Shown one piece after another: positions 39,401-53,402 of a stretch of DNA of 64,000 bases. The stretch lies in NCBI GenBank assembly GCA_964016885.1, contig OZ024757.1, forward strand, positions 12,772,001-12,836,000, given 5' to 3'. The position numbers were made by a program, and so were the translations under genes. Numbering within the stretch: the stretch's first letter is position 1; the number at the start of each line of letters is the position of its first letter. This DNA comes from Eledone cirrhosa. Its lineage: Eukaryota. Under the pieces are notes generated by a model. The model had not been told where the DNA came from. It worked only from the letters and a program-made list of their open reading frames with translations, and made no database searches.

Positions 39401-42400
39401 TCATTACATATACGTTTCCATGCTTGCATGGGTTGGACGGGTCCTTCTTAGCACGACATCTCTCCACTAGATACATTCCTTTCTCATCTCATTTTCCAGT
39501 CTTCACGATTTGAGTTAAGCTCTCACAACATTTGCCCCTGACTTTCTTGGTCATCCTCTACTGCAGCTTCCTTCCACTAGGATTTCCTCAGCTAGTACAA
39601 GCTCTGTATTTCACTCACATATACGTTGCAGATCCAACAAAACATGGTTGCTTCATTTTTCTCCTGTCTAATCGCATCATCTGCAGTCACAGCCCATGTT
39701 TCTCTACCATGCAGTATTGTGCACTTCACACAGCCTTTATATACCCTTCCTTGTGTGTGTAGGGAGAAACCTTATGTTATCAGCAGTAGCAGTTCACTAA
39801 ACTTCCATCCTATCCTTATTCAAGCCACTCTACTCTTGGTACACCCTCCTCTGCTGTTGATTAGGTCACCTAGATAGCAGAAGCTATCAACCACATCTAT
39901 AGATCCTTCCTGTGACTGGAAACGGTGAATAACAGTAGCACTCTTCCTCTCAATTTCTGTTGTGCTGCCTAACCAACCACTTCCTCTCTGTCCCCACACT
40001 GCTGATTTCCTTCTCAAAATTAGAAAGACAACAGCCCACTTGAGGAAGGAGTCCCATGGGGTGGGGTGGATGTTGCAGTGGGTGTCTCTGGCTATTCTTT
40101 GTGGTAGCACCTTTGTTATTTTGTCTGTAGGGTGGGGCTGAATCACAGCTCAGACTGGAATATAGTGCCTGCCCCTCACCCTCTCCCATTGTTTTCGTTG
40201 CTAGATACGTTTTCGTTACTATATAAAATATAATTAGATTAATTAAAGTTATAATTAAGATAGCAGGTCGTTGACAATGTTTCCCTTTCCGGTGTTTGAC
40301 CAGTGTCATACGTTAAAAGTCCCTAATATAATTTAAAATATAAATATATTACCTGTACGTTGATAAACACACACTCTCTCGTGTGTAATCGTTTCTTATA
40401 TATATATATATATATAATATAATATAATAATAATAATAATAATAATGAAATATTGTGTACAGTGCTCAGGTGCACTACAACTCATCAAAAGTGTATGTAT
40501 AGTACATAGGGTAATGTACAAACGTCAGGAAAATGAACAGTGCATGAGTCATGCTACACACATGTGCATGTGTATGGAAGGGGTACATCAGGTGTAGTTT
40601 TGGCGTATTTCGGGAAGCATGAGTGTCTTAAAGGATGCAGTGTCTCAGCAGCTAACAACTGATGCAGGCAATTTGTTCCATGCTTCAGCAACTCTGAGCG
40701 TGAAAAAATGTTTACAAAAGTCATGGGAGCTGTGCTGTTTTCTGATTTTGTAGGCATGTCCATGTGTGTTAGACACATGGAGATCAAAATGGTGCTCAGG
40801 GTTGTAATTGGCAAGATGATTATTAACTTTGTGGGTATTTACCAAGTCTATTGCCAGACGTCAGAGCTTCAATGCATCCATGCCCAGGGAAGCAAGACGT
40901 CAGAGTATGGTAGGTGTCTGATGGAGGGTATGCGCTTGGTTGCACGTCTCTGAACAGTTTCCAGGAGGTCAATGTTCTGAGCAAGATAAGGGTTCCAGAC
41001 TGATGATGCGAATTCCAAGTGTGGTCGTACCATAGGTGTATACAGTTTTAAATAGATGGCTGGAGAGCGGCTAACAAAGGTCTTCTTGACAATTTTAGAG
41101 ACATGCTTTGTCCAACGCAAATCGCTGCTGACAGTAATGCCTAGGTCACGTTCACAAGAGGACTTCTTGATATCTGTGTTGTGGAGGGAGTATGTGGACG
41201 CTGGATTTTTCCTCCCAAAGTGCATGGTGGTACACTTGTCCACAGCCAGCTTCAGTTGCCAGTCTGTGATCCATTGCTGCATTGTGTCCAGGTCTGATTA
41301 TAGGAAAGAGTTGTAGATTTCAGGATCAGTCCTTTTGATTTCAAGGTAAAGCTTGATGTCATCTACATATTTCAGTACCATGGCATTCTGTAAGTTGGCA
41401 TCTATGTCATTAATATATGCCACAAACAAAAGGGGACCAAGAACAGATCCCTGTGGTACACCAGATGACATCTCATATGGTGAAGAATGCTGTCCTAGAA
41501 CCGTGACTACCTCTTTTCGGCTGAGAATGAAGGATTTCAACCAGTTGAAAAGATCATCCCTCACACCCATTGCAGAGAGTTTTTCCATAAGTCTTTTGTG
41601 TGGCACAGAATTAAAAGCCTTAGCAAAGTCAAGGTAAACAACATCCACCCATGAGCCGCCGTCAGTGATCCGGGTGATGTCGTCAAGGAACTCGATAAGC
41701 TGATCACAGCAGCTGGAGTTAGGGATAAATCCAAACTGTGAAGGCCGGATGAGGCTGTGAGAGCTCCAGAAGTTCCAAAGTGTTTCTCTGACACAGGATT
41801 CCATCAGTTTGGCAATACAGCTAGTAAGACTGACTGGACGATAGTTGACAGGTGACATGCAGTTGCCCTTTTTGAACAGGGGAATGACACTGGCAGTTTT
41901 CCACTGCTCCGGAGTAGCACCATTGTTGAGACAGTATTGAAAGAAAAAAGAAAGCTGGCGCAAAAGGAAATACCCGCCACGTTTGAGAAGCAGGTATGTA
42001 ACACCATCAAGACCAGGGGAGGCAGAGTTGCGCTTATTCTTAAGGTGACGTCGCAACATTGCAGGTGTAAATTCCATAGTTGTTATGGAATTTGATGTTA
42101 GAGATGGTGGAGATGGTACATTCTGGTTTTCAACAGTAAAAATACTTGCACAGCACTCAGCAATGAGTTCTGCGCATTCTTTGGGATCGTCAGTGATCTG
42201 GCTTGTGTGGGGATTGCGAAGAGGACCAACTGGAGAGTGAGGTCTCTGCTTTGAATGAACATATTTCCAGAACACCTTATTGTCAGGATTGGTTGCTATG
42301 CACTGTTCAAATTCAAGCACTGCCTTCTTTGTCACTTGCTTGAGATGGTTAGAAGATTTATTCTGCTTTTTTCTGTTGGCATCTGATTTATGCAGTTTAT

Positions 42401-43984
42401 ATTCCCGTTCAGCATTCCAACGTTCTTTCCTGGCAAGTCGGACCGCTGAAGTTTCCCAAATTGCACTTTTGGGGTGGTTTTTTTTCTGCTTACGTGGCAC
42501 CGATGCTGCACACGCTATCCATCTCTAGAGTTATACATCTCATGCCAGTTTGGGCGTTGTAGCTCAGTGCAGTACAAGTTCCAATCTGCTTTCTTCCAAT
42601 CAAAGCAAGCAGATTGGAGATGGCTCTGGTTTTTGTTGCTGCCCGCAAGAGCCAGATTGGCAATGATCATAGCATGATCAGAGTCGCCTAGAGGTTCCTC
42701 AGTAGTACAACTGATAACCACTTCAGGAGTAGTGGTGAAGATCAGGTCCAAAGTGTTGTCACCTCTTGTGACCTGTTTGAGTCCAGCACTAGTTCAAGGA
42801 AATCGTTTGCACCTTGTGGCCAACGAAAGGTTTCCCAATCGATCTCAGGATGATTGAAGTCACCTGCAATAAACACATAAGTGGCTGTTTTCTTGGCAGC
42901 AACTCTGAGGATATCGCAAAGCTGTGTGTCCTGATGGTAGTTTGGGGGGCGATAAACAACACCAAGCAGAAGTATTGACATGGTCATACGTATGTCACAA
43001 AAAAAAACTTCTTGTAATTCGTTCAAATCAACGCAAGTGTTTACCGAAAAGTTTGAACGAACGTAGACCACCACACCACCACCACGGCGATTAATGCGGT
43101 CCTTGCGGAAAAGGTTGTACCCAGTAATGCTGAAAACCCCATCACAGAGTAAGGAATGTGCCCATGTTTCCGTGACAGTGATGAAGTCAGCGTCGATGCT
43201 TCTGATGTAGGAGTCAAACAGATGTATCTTGTTGCATAAACTGCGAGCATTTAAGGACAACAATTTGTACCCTGCTTGCAGTTTATGATGGTGTGTAGAG
43301 GGTAGCAGGTTGTTCTGGTTTAGTTTCCCAGAGTTGTTGCAGTTTTTTTCATTGCCAGTTATTGTGGGTAGAGCACACTCAGACCAGCTGGTATCTCTCT
43401 TCCACGTTTCACCAGCCTTAACAAACCTCCAGATCTGCCCATCACCACGCAGACTAAAACTTTCATGTTGTGCTGAGTTCCGATTCAAGGAATCTGCAGC
43501 ACGTAGCTTTGGACGTACATGGGGTGGTAGGCCAGGGCGTGTTCGGAAGGTAATCCGATTTTCATGCCCAGCTTTAACAGAGGCCAGATGGTATGAGATT
43601 GCCTCAGCGGGGTCCGAAAAAGACAGCCTGATGAGTCTGGGTTTTGAACCAGGTCGGCCAAGGCGGAGAGCACCCTTTGGAGGAACACAGCCTAGGTCTT
43701 TGGCTGAGCTGGCAGCAAATGCCTGAAAATCAGCCTTGTCCTCTGGTACCCCAATAGCAATTACTTCATGGGTAGCAGATTCCGCAGTCTTCTCAGTGTG
43801 CCCAGATACGGCAAGAGGTACAGGGAGATTCTTTAGCAAGGCATTCCGATAAGACCCCTCATTGTGGGGACCTACCCGAATGCTTGCCTTTATTCCTGTT
43901 ACTTCCCTTCTTAAAGCAGAAATCATTAGTTGCAATTCTGCAAAATCTGTACTAGTCGGTTGTTGTTTTTGTTGTTGTTGTTGC

Positions 43985-44033
<49 letters not shown>

Positions 44034-44596
44034 GATGATGTTCCTTCACGGGAATGGTAGGGGAAGACACAGTCGCCGGTTGTTGGTGTCGAGATGTACT
44101 GGGAGCGGAAGACATGGGTTGTTGTTTCTGATATTCTCCCACAGGAATAGCAGCAGAAGCCAGTGTCATGGGTTTTTGCCGTTGTTCAGTAACAATGGTG
44201 GAGGGAGATACAGTCATCGGTTTTTGTTGTTGTTGTTGTTGTTGTTTTTCAATAACATGTGGGTATGGTGTGGCGTGCGGTGGCCGGAAGCGGGGGAGTG
44301 CTCGACCGGAAGGGCCAGCAGATGGCCCTCCCTAGTGGTGACCATCAATGGTGTGGACGCGAGTTTGGCAGCTCCCGGTGTTAAGCAGTTGGACGCACGT
44401 GGAAGAGGAGAGACCAGCAGTGGAATATAGCGGCGCCTATGAAAATCGGTAAGTGAGATAGCTTTTTCTAAACACAAGCTATTTCGGCACTGAAAACTGA
44501 TTTGATGAAAAAAAAAAAAAAAAAAAAAAAAGCTACTGGAAAAACAGAGAGGAGTCTGTTGTTTTTTTTATCACGTACCGCAAGACCAATTAGAAG

Positions 44597-45372
44597 ATGG
44601 CGACAAGACTACGAACAAGCGAAGCTATCAGGGCATTTACCAGGGAAGGTGATGTCGATTGGCTGCGAAAAGTCCGGCTGGTCGCAAGCTTGCAGAAGAT
44701 AGAAGATGTGGCTGGCCTCATGGCACTGTACCTCAAGGGGGACACCTTGGTACTCTTTCTTGAGTTGAACGAACACAGCCAAAGAGATGCGCAAAAGATT
44801 GAGAGGCGCATGATAGAAGCATTCGCAGAAGGACCGTTAGTCGCTTTCGCTAAGCTGGCAAGAATTAGATGGAACGGTGAACGCGTTGACATTTTCGCAG
44901 CGGAAATACGGCGATTGGCCATGTTGGCTGGATATCAGGTGGAATGCGAACACACGGTGCGGTTGGCATTCATAAATGGATTTCCAGACGACATAGCGGT
45001 GAAACTGCAGCAAGTCCCGGGTTACAAAGAAATGGAAATGCGTTCACTGGTGGAACAAGCCCGGATCATAGCAGAAGATGCCAAAAAGAGTGTTGCGGCG
45101 ATAGCAACTACAGAGGCTCAAAACAGCTGGCAGCGAAATGGTGAAAGGGAGGCAACCACGGCACGCGGTCGCCCACGGCACGCGGTCGCCCGCGAACGTT
45201 TAGAGGTCGCTGTTTTCGGTGCCAGGGCCCGCACATGGCTAGAGACTGCAGAGAGTCAAGGCCGGAAATAATATGCTACCGGTGTAAGCGACCAGGCCAC
45301 ATCGCTACTAACTGCGACCAGGGAAACGATCCAAGGGGAACTACTGCGCCGGTAGTTGCCCCTTACGAGTAG
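44597..45372 (+). pseudogene. gag: gag with two CCHC knuckles, frameshifted by a 17-bp tandem duplication near 45156-45190
   Basis: Shifted frame reads CFRCQGPHMARDC and CYRCKRPGHIATNC. Confidence 0.8.
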
Positions 45373-48171
45373 AGGCGCTGCCCGTGGTGGAAGTCTTCGT
45401 GAGGGGAAAGCCACAGCGAGCCCTCGTGGACACGGGCTGTACAACGACACTGGTGACCGCGGGGGGTGGCGCAGAGGTGGAGAGGGAAGAGCAGCGTAAG
45501 GGCAGTCGACGGCAGGAAAATTGAATGCCGAGGTCGCAGTGAGATGGAAATAGCGGTATGGGGAAGGAAAATAAGGCTTTCTGCCATCGTTGTAGACAGG
45601 GTGGTGGATGGGATCGGCGTGGTTATGGGCATGGACGCAATTGGCCGTCTAGGAGGCGTCACAGTGAACAACGTCGGTGTGTCGTTTGGCGCCGCTGCAT
45701 CGGTATGCGCTGTGAGTGCGCGACAGGAGAACCAGAAGGCTCACGAGGAGAAATACCTCGCTTACGCTGTGCAGGACAAGGACTTCAAGGCCGTGTTCGA
45801 TGGGTTGTTGAGTGGTACTGCAAGGGAGAACCACCAACACTGAAGACCAAAGTGGGCTGCTATCAACACACATTGAAGGGAAACATTAGGAGCGAGTTCG
45901 AGCGAGAGGTAGAGAGATGGATTGAGGAGGGCATACTGTTTCCCTGGAAAGAGGAGGTGAAGTGCGGAGTATTGCCGTTAATGGCGGTGGCGCAACACAC
46001 GAAGAACAAGGTGAGGTCGGTGCTGGACTTTCGGGAGCTGAACGAGCACGTGTCATGCCACACGGGTGGCGAGGTCACAGATGTCTGTGGGGAAACCCTG
46101 CGTGAGTGGAGACGCATGACGGGGGGTTCAGCAATCGTAGATCTAAAGTCGGCATACTTGCAATTGCATATAGATGAGAAGCTCTGGCAGTATCAGCTGG
46201 TCAGGTATAAGGGCCAGACATATTGCCTGACCAGGCTCGGTTTCGGGCTGAGCTCCGCACCGAAGATCATGGCGGCGGTCCTCAAGACCATTCTGGGAGA
46301 GGCCAACAAGATGAAGAGGGCCACTAACTCCTATATTGACGACATCTTAGAGGACGAGTCTGTGGTGTCGGCGGCGGAGGTCACGAGCCATTTACAGGGG
46401 TATGGACTGGCTGCGAAGCCGTCAGAAGCATTGGAGGGAGGAGCCGCGCTGGGACTTAGGCTACGGCGAGACAGGACGGGCGTCTTGGTATTCCAGAGGG
46501 CAAATGAAGTTCCAGAACTGGGCCCAAGTATGAGTAGGCGGGAGCTTTTCTCGGTGTATGGAAAGTTGGTGGGTCACTACCCTATTGCTGGGTGGCTCTG
46601 GACGGCATTCAGCTATGTCAAGAGACGAGCAGGAGGAGTGACTTGGAGTGACAGAGTGGGAGAGAGGACGGTGGCCATGATGCAAGAGATTGTGGGGAGG
46701 GTGAAGGCCGACGACCCAGTGCGGGGACGCTGGTATGTTCCCAAATCACAGAGCGGGACTGTATGGTGCGATGCCAGCAGCATAGCGCTGGGTGTCACGT
46801 TGGAGATAGGAGGTGTTGAGGTCGAGGATGCAGCCTGGCTTAGGAAGAAGGGCGACTGCAACCATATCAATGTGGCCGAGTTGGACGCAGTGTTGAGAGG
46901 GGTGAACCTCGCCCTGAGGTGGGGACTGCGTACCATCGAGATACGCACCGACTCGGCTACTGTACTCGGATGGGTGAGATCAGTGCTCACCAGTGAGAAG
47001 AGAGTGCGAACGAGAGGGGCGACAGAGATGCTGATAAAGCGCCGCCTGGGAACTTTAGGAGAGCTGGCCACCGAGTTCGAGCTGAGGCTGAGCGTAGTTT
47101 TCGTGCCCTCCGAGAAAAATAGGGCGGACATCTTAACTAGGGTAAAGAAAGCCTGGATGGAAGCGCCGGCGGAGGTAGAAGATGAGATAGCTGCCGTGTG
47201 TCGGCTGCCCGAGTCGGATCTGAAAGGGTTGCATGACATGCACCACATGGGAGTGGATAGGAGCCTGTTCCTAGCCAGGAGAATCGACTCGGACGTTAAC
47301 AGGCACAGTGTTCAAAGGGTGGTTAGAGGCTGCGTCCGATGTCAATCCATTGATCCCGCCACGGGTGTACACGAAACGGGAAGCCTCCCGGTGGATCGCG
47401 ACTGGAAGCGATTGGCGGTGGATGTAACGCGCTACCGACAGGGAACGTACCTCTCGATGGTCGACTGTGGACCAGGACGGATGGGGATATGGAGGGAGAT
47501 GAAGACTGGAACGGCCGAGGAAATCATGCGGACGTTGAGAGAGGTGTTCTTGGAGCGGGGCCCTGTGGACGAACTGCTGATGGACAACAGCGCAGCGTTC
47601 GGCTCGGAGGCGCTGAGGGAGATGCTCGATGGATGGAAGGTGGACCGTTTCTTCAGAGCAGCGCACAGGCCGAGCGGGAATGGAATTGTGGAGCGACACC
47701 ACCGGACGATCAAGGCAATGGCGGAGCGGGGCCATATCTCACCAATGGAGGCAGTGTTCTGGTACAACATGTCCCCTCGGGTGGGACAGGTCGAGGAATC
47801 GGTGCCACACAGAGCAGTATTCAGATACGAGTGGCGGCACCCGTGCACGCCACCACAACGGCCAGTGGGGGAGAGAGGGTGCATTCGTGCAGGTGGGCGA
47901 AGAAGTCTGGGTTAAGTCCCCAGATGTACGTTGCACATCTCAATGGGGAAGGGGAACGGTGACGGCCGTAAATTCCCAGAACAATGTGTCCGTGGACGGA
48001 GTACCACATCATGTCCTGGATGTCCGTAGAATCACTGTGTCAATGGACTCCGAGGAAGTGGAAACCCAAAGTGCTGCCCCAACACTGCGGAGATCGCAAA
48101 GAAGTCGTAAACCACCAACCTGGACAGCAGACTTTCATATGCAGAAGGACGAGGGGGAAATTGATCCTTGA
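45321..48171 (+). pseudogene. pol: pol (protease, RT, RNase H, integrase) with at least two frameshifts
   Basis: ALVDTG, VLDFRELN, VDLKSAY, YIDD, WCDAS, AELDAV, TDS, H-H-C-C, AVD/MDN/NGIVER. Confidence 0.88.
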
Positions 48172-49584
48172 GATCAGGGGGCGTGTGGGTATGGTGTGGC
48201 GTGCGGTGGCCGGAAGCGGGGGAGTGCTCGACCGGAAGAGTGCTTGGCCGGAAGGATGCTCGACCGGAAGGGCCAGCAGATGGCCCACCCTAGTGGTGAC
48301 CAGCAACGGTGTGGACGCGAGTTTTGGCTGCTCCCGGTGTTAAGCAGCTAGACGCACGTGGAAGAGGAGAGACCAGCAGTGGAATTTAGCGGCGCCTATG
48401 AAAAGCGGTAAGTGAGATAGCTTTTTCTAACCACATAACATTAGTGGAGGAAGGCATACAGTCCAGGCACTGAAAGGACCAAGATTTTAGCTGGACCATC
48501 TACCAGATTCCATCCATCATAGCATTATGATGTCTCTTTTTTTGGCCTGGGATCCTCCGGAAGCCTGTGGCGCATTGAAGGCAGACAGAGATGTGACAGG
48601 TTCCACATTCGACCAAGCGATTACGGAACGAGTTTTCGGGTTCCGAACAGATATGGCAGATGTGATATACTGGGCAATGTTCTATTTTGGAACATCGACC
48701 AGTTTTGTCACATACTTCATCCATGGATATCACCATGGCAATTTTGTTATTTCTGCCCATCCGTAGAAAAACACAGAATGTAAACAATATAGGTTTAGCG
48801 CACTTGATTACGATAGAAATAAAATGTCTGTTTTATGTTTGTTTTTTTGTGTATTTTGTTTCCGTTTTCCTAAATGTTGTGTGTGTGCTGAAGAGTCTGC
48901 GCATGAAACAAATAAATATGCTGCGTAAGTTAACGAGATAAATGTTTGTTTATGTTTTGTTTTGGTATTTCTGTTTCTGTGTTCCTATGTATTATGTGTG
49001 TGTGTGTATGCAACAAGGTCTGCACACGAATATATAATTATATATATATATAATTAAAAGGTGTATGTAGGTTAGAAGCGAAGTCAATGTTCAGAAATAT
49101 TTTACAAATGTACGTAAGATTGGCCGGTATAGTGTCTCACACGAAATAGTGTGGTTTCTTTTCACTGTGTATATGCATGTGGTATATATCTGTATATAAA
49201 TCTGTGTGTATATTGTTGTTTATAGATTTTGTGAAGTACTTACTGCGATCGCTAACGGATGTAGTGATTTTTTTGTTTATTTCCCCCGTCCATGTCCACA
49301 CGTGGTTTGTTGGCGAAAATCAAATCAAATCAAATATACTTTGTTAAAATAATTCTATGTTGAAACTGGTACTAGTTGTCAGGGAACAGTCAAAGTATTT
49401 GTAATAATGAATATTGTAATCCATCTGACATGTGTTTAAAGGCAGTTTTTGGTAATATGGAACTTATGCCCAACAGCTACATGAACCTGGGACACAGAAC
49501 AGATTCTACACAAAATTGTTAATAAAATACATGTATATTTATTTATACACATGTAGGAGTCACCTTACATGATATGTATATTAC

Positions 49585-49658
49585 AGTGTCCCCGAAAAAT
49601 GTATACACACTTACATAGACTGTAGTTGACGCGTGCATACATTTTTGGGGAGACCCTG
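49585..49658. mobile_element. Tiny Tc1/mariner-type MITE
   Basis: ta-CAGTGTCCCCGAAAAATGTAT...ATACATTTTTGGGGAGACCCTG-ta. Confidence 0.6.
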
Positions 49659-49706
49659 TATATATTTTATATACACATATATATGTTAAAAGATGATTGA
49701 TATATA

Positions 49707-49745
<39 letters not shown>

Positions 49746-51295
49746 GCACATATATTTATGAATATATACTCTTATGTATTCATTAAATATTCTACACGTG
49801 TAGATTTAGATGAATATATATATATACTCTTATGTGTATACGTCTGAAAATGTATATATGTATGTAAATATATTTTTATACATACGTGCATACATATAGA
49901 TCGACAGTTATGCACATAAAATATTTTATTATATATTTATATACATACAACGAATTATTAACTTATTAAAAACTACAATGTATGATTAAATTATGTTTGA
50001 TTTTAATGTCTATGAAAGAAAATTATTATAATTGATCTAAATTAATGTTAAAATAAATTTTAAAAATCTAAATAAACAGTTTATTTGTTAACATAACCGT
50101 GGTGATAATATTGGTTTCTTATATAGGCATAAGACCAACAATTTTGGGGAAGGGGAAAGTAGATTAAATCAACCCCAGTGCATTACTGGTACTTTATTTT
50201 ATCGACCCAGTAAGGATAAAAGGCAAAGTTAACCTCGGAGGGATTTGAAGTCAGATCATACTGTCGTCATAATACAAATAAAAAGTGAGAGACTCAGGCT
50301 GCTAACCGTAAGGTTCTTGTCTTTAGGTGTGGTGTTGTGTTGATTGTTGGGTAGGAGCTGATGGCCGATGGGTTGAGCATGTAGTGTCACTGAACCACGA
50401 TTAAGGCTGCGATAGTGATGATTCTGTGGTTTCATATTTCAACACAGGCAAGATGATCTATAATATGAACGGCTAAATTGTGGAGAAATTCATTCAATTA
50501 CTACAGGTCTGACCCTTAGTTTGAAATATATATACTAATGTAGGTTTAAAGCAACCGACTAAACAGTCCTTTCCAAATTCAAGAAGGTATGTGACCTGAA
50601 AGAAGTTTGGCTGCTATTTCTAACAGGTCAAGTAAACACATAGAGGTCTTCATTCCTTCTCTCGAAACAAACATATTTGTCATTGTTAGTGGTTTTAGCC
50701 AAAAAGTTGTTGTTGAAATCAGTAATTTTTTACAGGAAAGTTAGGATTAACTAATGAACTTGATACAATTGAGTGAGGGAAGATTTTAGCTGGCCAACAT
50801 AGAAAACACTTTCTAAATGAGACAGAACACTTTGTAGAATAATTATTTCAATGATTTTTTCTACCTTTTCCTTTCAACTTTCTCTTTCATTTCACTTGTT
50901 TTTCCTTCTTTTCTTTAACTTTCTTATTAGATTATATGTTGTCTTATATTTTCACTTGGACTCTATACTTCTCTGTGTTATATATATAAGGTTCCATGTG
51001 AAACACCATAACTAGAATATAATTGAACACCAAACAAACAATTTGTTTCAGTTATAAAGAACTTTTCGTTACAACGAATTATCTATACCCCATGAATTTC
51101 GTTATAACGGAATTTCCCTGTATATATATTATGTGTGTGCGTGTGTATATATATATATATATAGCAAGAAGGAGAATGATATTCTGGCGGTTTTCGAGCT
51201 TATTCTGAAGTCTGTACAAAAGACTTGCTGTGTTGATTGTTTAACTAAACGCAAGAGTTTAAAGAAAGGAAAATCTGTAATGGATAATTTCACTG

Positions 51296-51826
51296 CTATT
51301 TCTAGCAGGATGAGAGACTACATAGATATGTAATTGATATTTTACTGAGTGATACTTTCTGATTTACCATCAATTAAATACGATTGGAAGTGTGTCTGAA
51401 GGTATTAAATTATATCAGGGACTTTTAACGTATGACACCGGTGAGTTAAATCATTTCCAACGACACCGAGTACCTGCTGTCTTTATTATAACTTTAATTA
51501 ATCTAATTATATCTTGTGTAACAATTATATATATATATACACAATTTTATTTCCCCAACATCAGTCTTACACTGTCATATCTATTCTTACTTTACAATTG
51601 TGTCTACTAAGAGTTCCATTACAATCTGTAGTAGTAACACTACTATTTCACCAGAACATCTGCTATCAGTCATTTATAGACAATATATATATTTTAGACC
51701 ACATATCAACCTAATATATGTATCTTTCCTATCAAATCTGTGGCTAAAGACATAAAGTCAGTCTCACTACTTCATTCTGACAAGATATCAATTTATGACT
51801 AAAGACGAAGAAGATACACCAACGTT
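51296..51826 (+). repeat. Block paralogous to ~63405-64000; probable 5' region / non-coding exon of zinc-finger genes
   Basis: High similarity by eye; strong donor gag/gtaagt at 51946, candidate acceptor at 58847. Confidence 0.7.
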
Positions 51827-52348
51827 AATGTCGTGAAATAAAGCTGATAACATCTTTGAAACTTCTAATTTGATAACAAAGAGATTATTTCTTTGGTTGT
51901 TTAGTAAAAACTAACAACACAACACATTGATTATATGTGAAGGAGGTAAGTTGACAAAGATTTACTTAATGTCTATATTAATGTGTGTAAATAATATAAT
52001 TATGTGAACCCTACAACGACCCAGTAATTATATACAAGTGAAAATATATATAACAACATTAGAAAAATATATTTCTTCCTCCACTTTTATATATAGAAAA
52101 GAAACTTCCAAACTGAAATGTTGATGTGATATTTTTCAATCAGCAGATTCCACTGTTACATGTGATATAAAATATATTGTTATCATGACTGTCTTTATTA
52201 TTTAAAATACCTCCGTCTATATTTCAACCACTGGAACAACCTCACACAAGAAACAGTTGTCACACCCTCAGTCAACATTTTAATGTAAAAAATCGAAATA
52301 AATGTTATGAGTGATATAGGTAGGTGTATGTTGTGTGTGTATATCTAT

Positions 52349-52500
52349 ACAGTAATCCCCCGCTATATCGCCGTTCACTTTTCGCGGTCCCGTTACATCG
52401 TGGATATTTCTTTGGAACGTATCTAATTTCCTATCGCGGGAATCCTCGCCACATCGCGGATTATTCGTTAGAACATATCTAGTTTCTTATCGCGGTACGT
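52349..52500 (+). mobile_element. pogo/Tigger-like transposon end fragment
   Basis: ta-CAGTAATCCCCCGCTATATCGC terminus with ATCGCGG sub-repeats. Confidence 0.5.
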
Positions 52501-53078
52501 CTGAATAAAAAGTGCTTAAAATTTAAACTTAAATAAGTTTCAATGTTATTAAAGTGTATATCGTAACTTACGACCGTTACTGGCTGTTTTTTTGTGTTTA
52601 AATATAAAATAATGATAATAATAATAATGTAAACAAAACATTTTGAAATTGGGGAAGAGAGATAGCTGTAGAATAGAAATAATCTATGGATGTCTGGGAT
52701 ATAAGTTATATATATATATGTTGTGATGTCACTGGTGTCAAGCTGTCAGCCATTGCCATTCCCTTGGACAACATATATAGTGTATAATATATACTGTACA
52801 CAGTGTATATATATATATATAGTGTATATATATGTTGTGATGTCACTGGTGTCAAGCTGTGTCAGCTATTGCCTTTCCCTTAGACAACATATATAGTGTA
52901 TAATATATATTGTACACAGTGTATATATATATATATATATAGTGTATATATATGTTGTGATGTCACTGGTGCCAAGCTGTATCAGCCATTACCTTTACTT
53001 TGGACAATATATATAGTGTATAATATATACTGTACACAGTGTATATATAATGTAGACAGTGTATATATAGTATATATA

Positions 53079-53402
53079 CGAGGTGGGTCAGTAAAGTTCC
53101 AGGACTGATGTCACAAAAGTTTTATTTCAAACCCAAACTTCACACTAAGAGTTTTCAAAGTAATCCCCCTGGCGTCTAATGCACTTATCCATAATTTTCT
53201 GCCAAGCTTGCATGCACTCCTGGAAGGATTCTCCCAGGACCCTCTGCAGTTCCGTCGTCACGGCCTTTTTGATGATGTCCACATCTTTAAAACAGGTCCC
53301 CTCCGAGTCGTACTCGAAAATCCATGACTCATCTTAGTGTGAAGTTTGGGTTTGAAATAAATCTTTTGTGACATCAGTCCTGGAACTTTCTGACACACCT
53401 CG
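53079..53402. mobile_element. Mariner-type MITE with ~70-bp TIRs, inserted in a ~110-bp tandem repeat (52705-53475)
   Basis: TA TSD; CGAGGTGGGTCAG...CTGACACACCTCG. Confidence 0.85.

Larger units (their letters stand above)
44258..48434 (+). mobile_element. Full-length LTR retrotransposon with Ty3/Gypsy domain order
   Basis: TG...CA LTRs 44258-44476 and 48184-48434; 5-bp TSD TAACA; purine-rich tract before the 3' LTR; gag-PR-RT-RH-IN. Confidence 0.93.
40420..49020 (-). mobile_element. Near full-length CR1-type LINE (frameshifted), interrupted by an LTR element at 44258-48434
   Basis: ORF1 PHD-like Cys cluster (48500-48787), polyQ and RRM-like region; APE motifs LNARSL, TETW, YRPP, GDFN, SDH; RT NYRPVSLTS, DFAKAF, GVPQGSVLGP, YVDD; CR1-like RPHLEFASSVWNP; (ATT)n tail. 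Confidence 0.9.
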
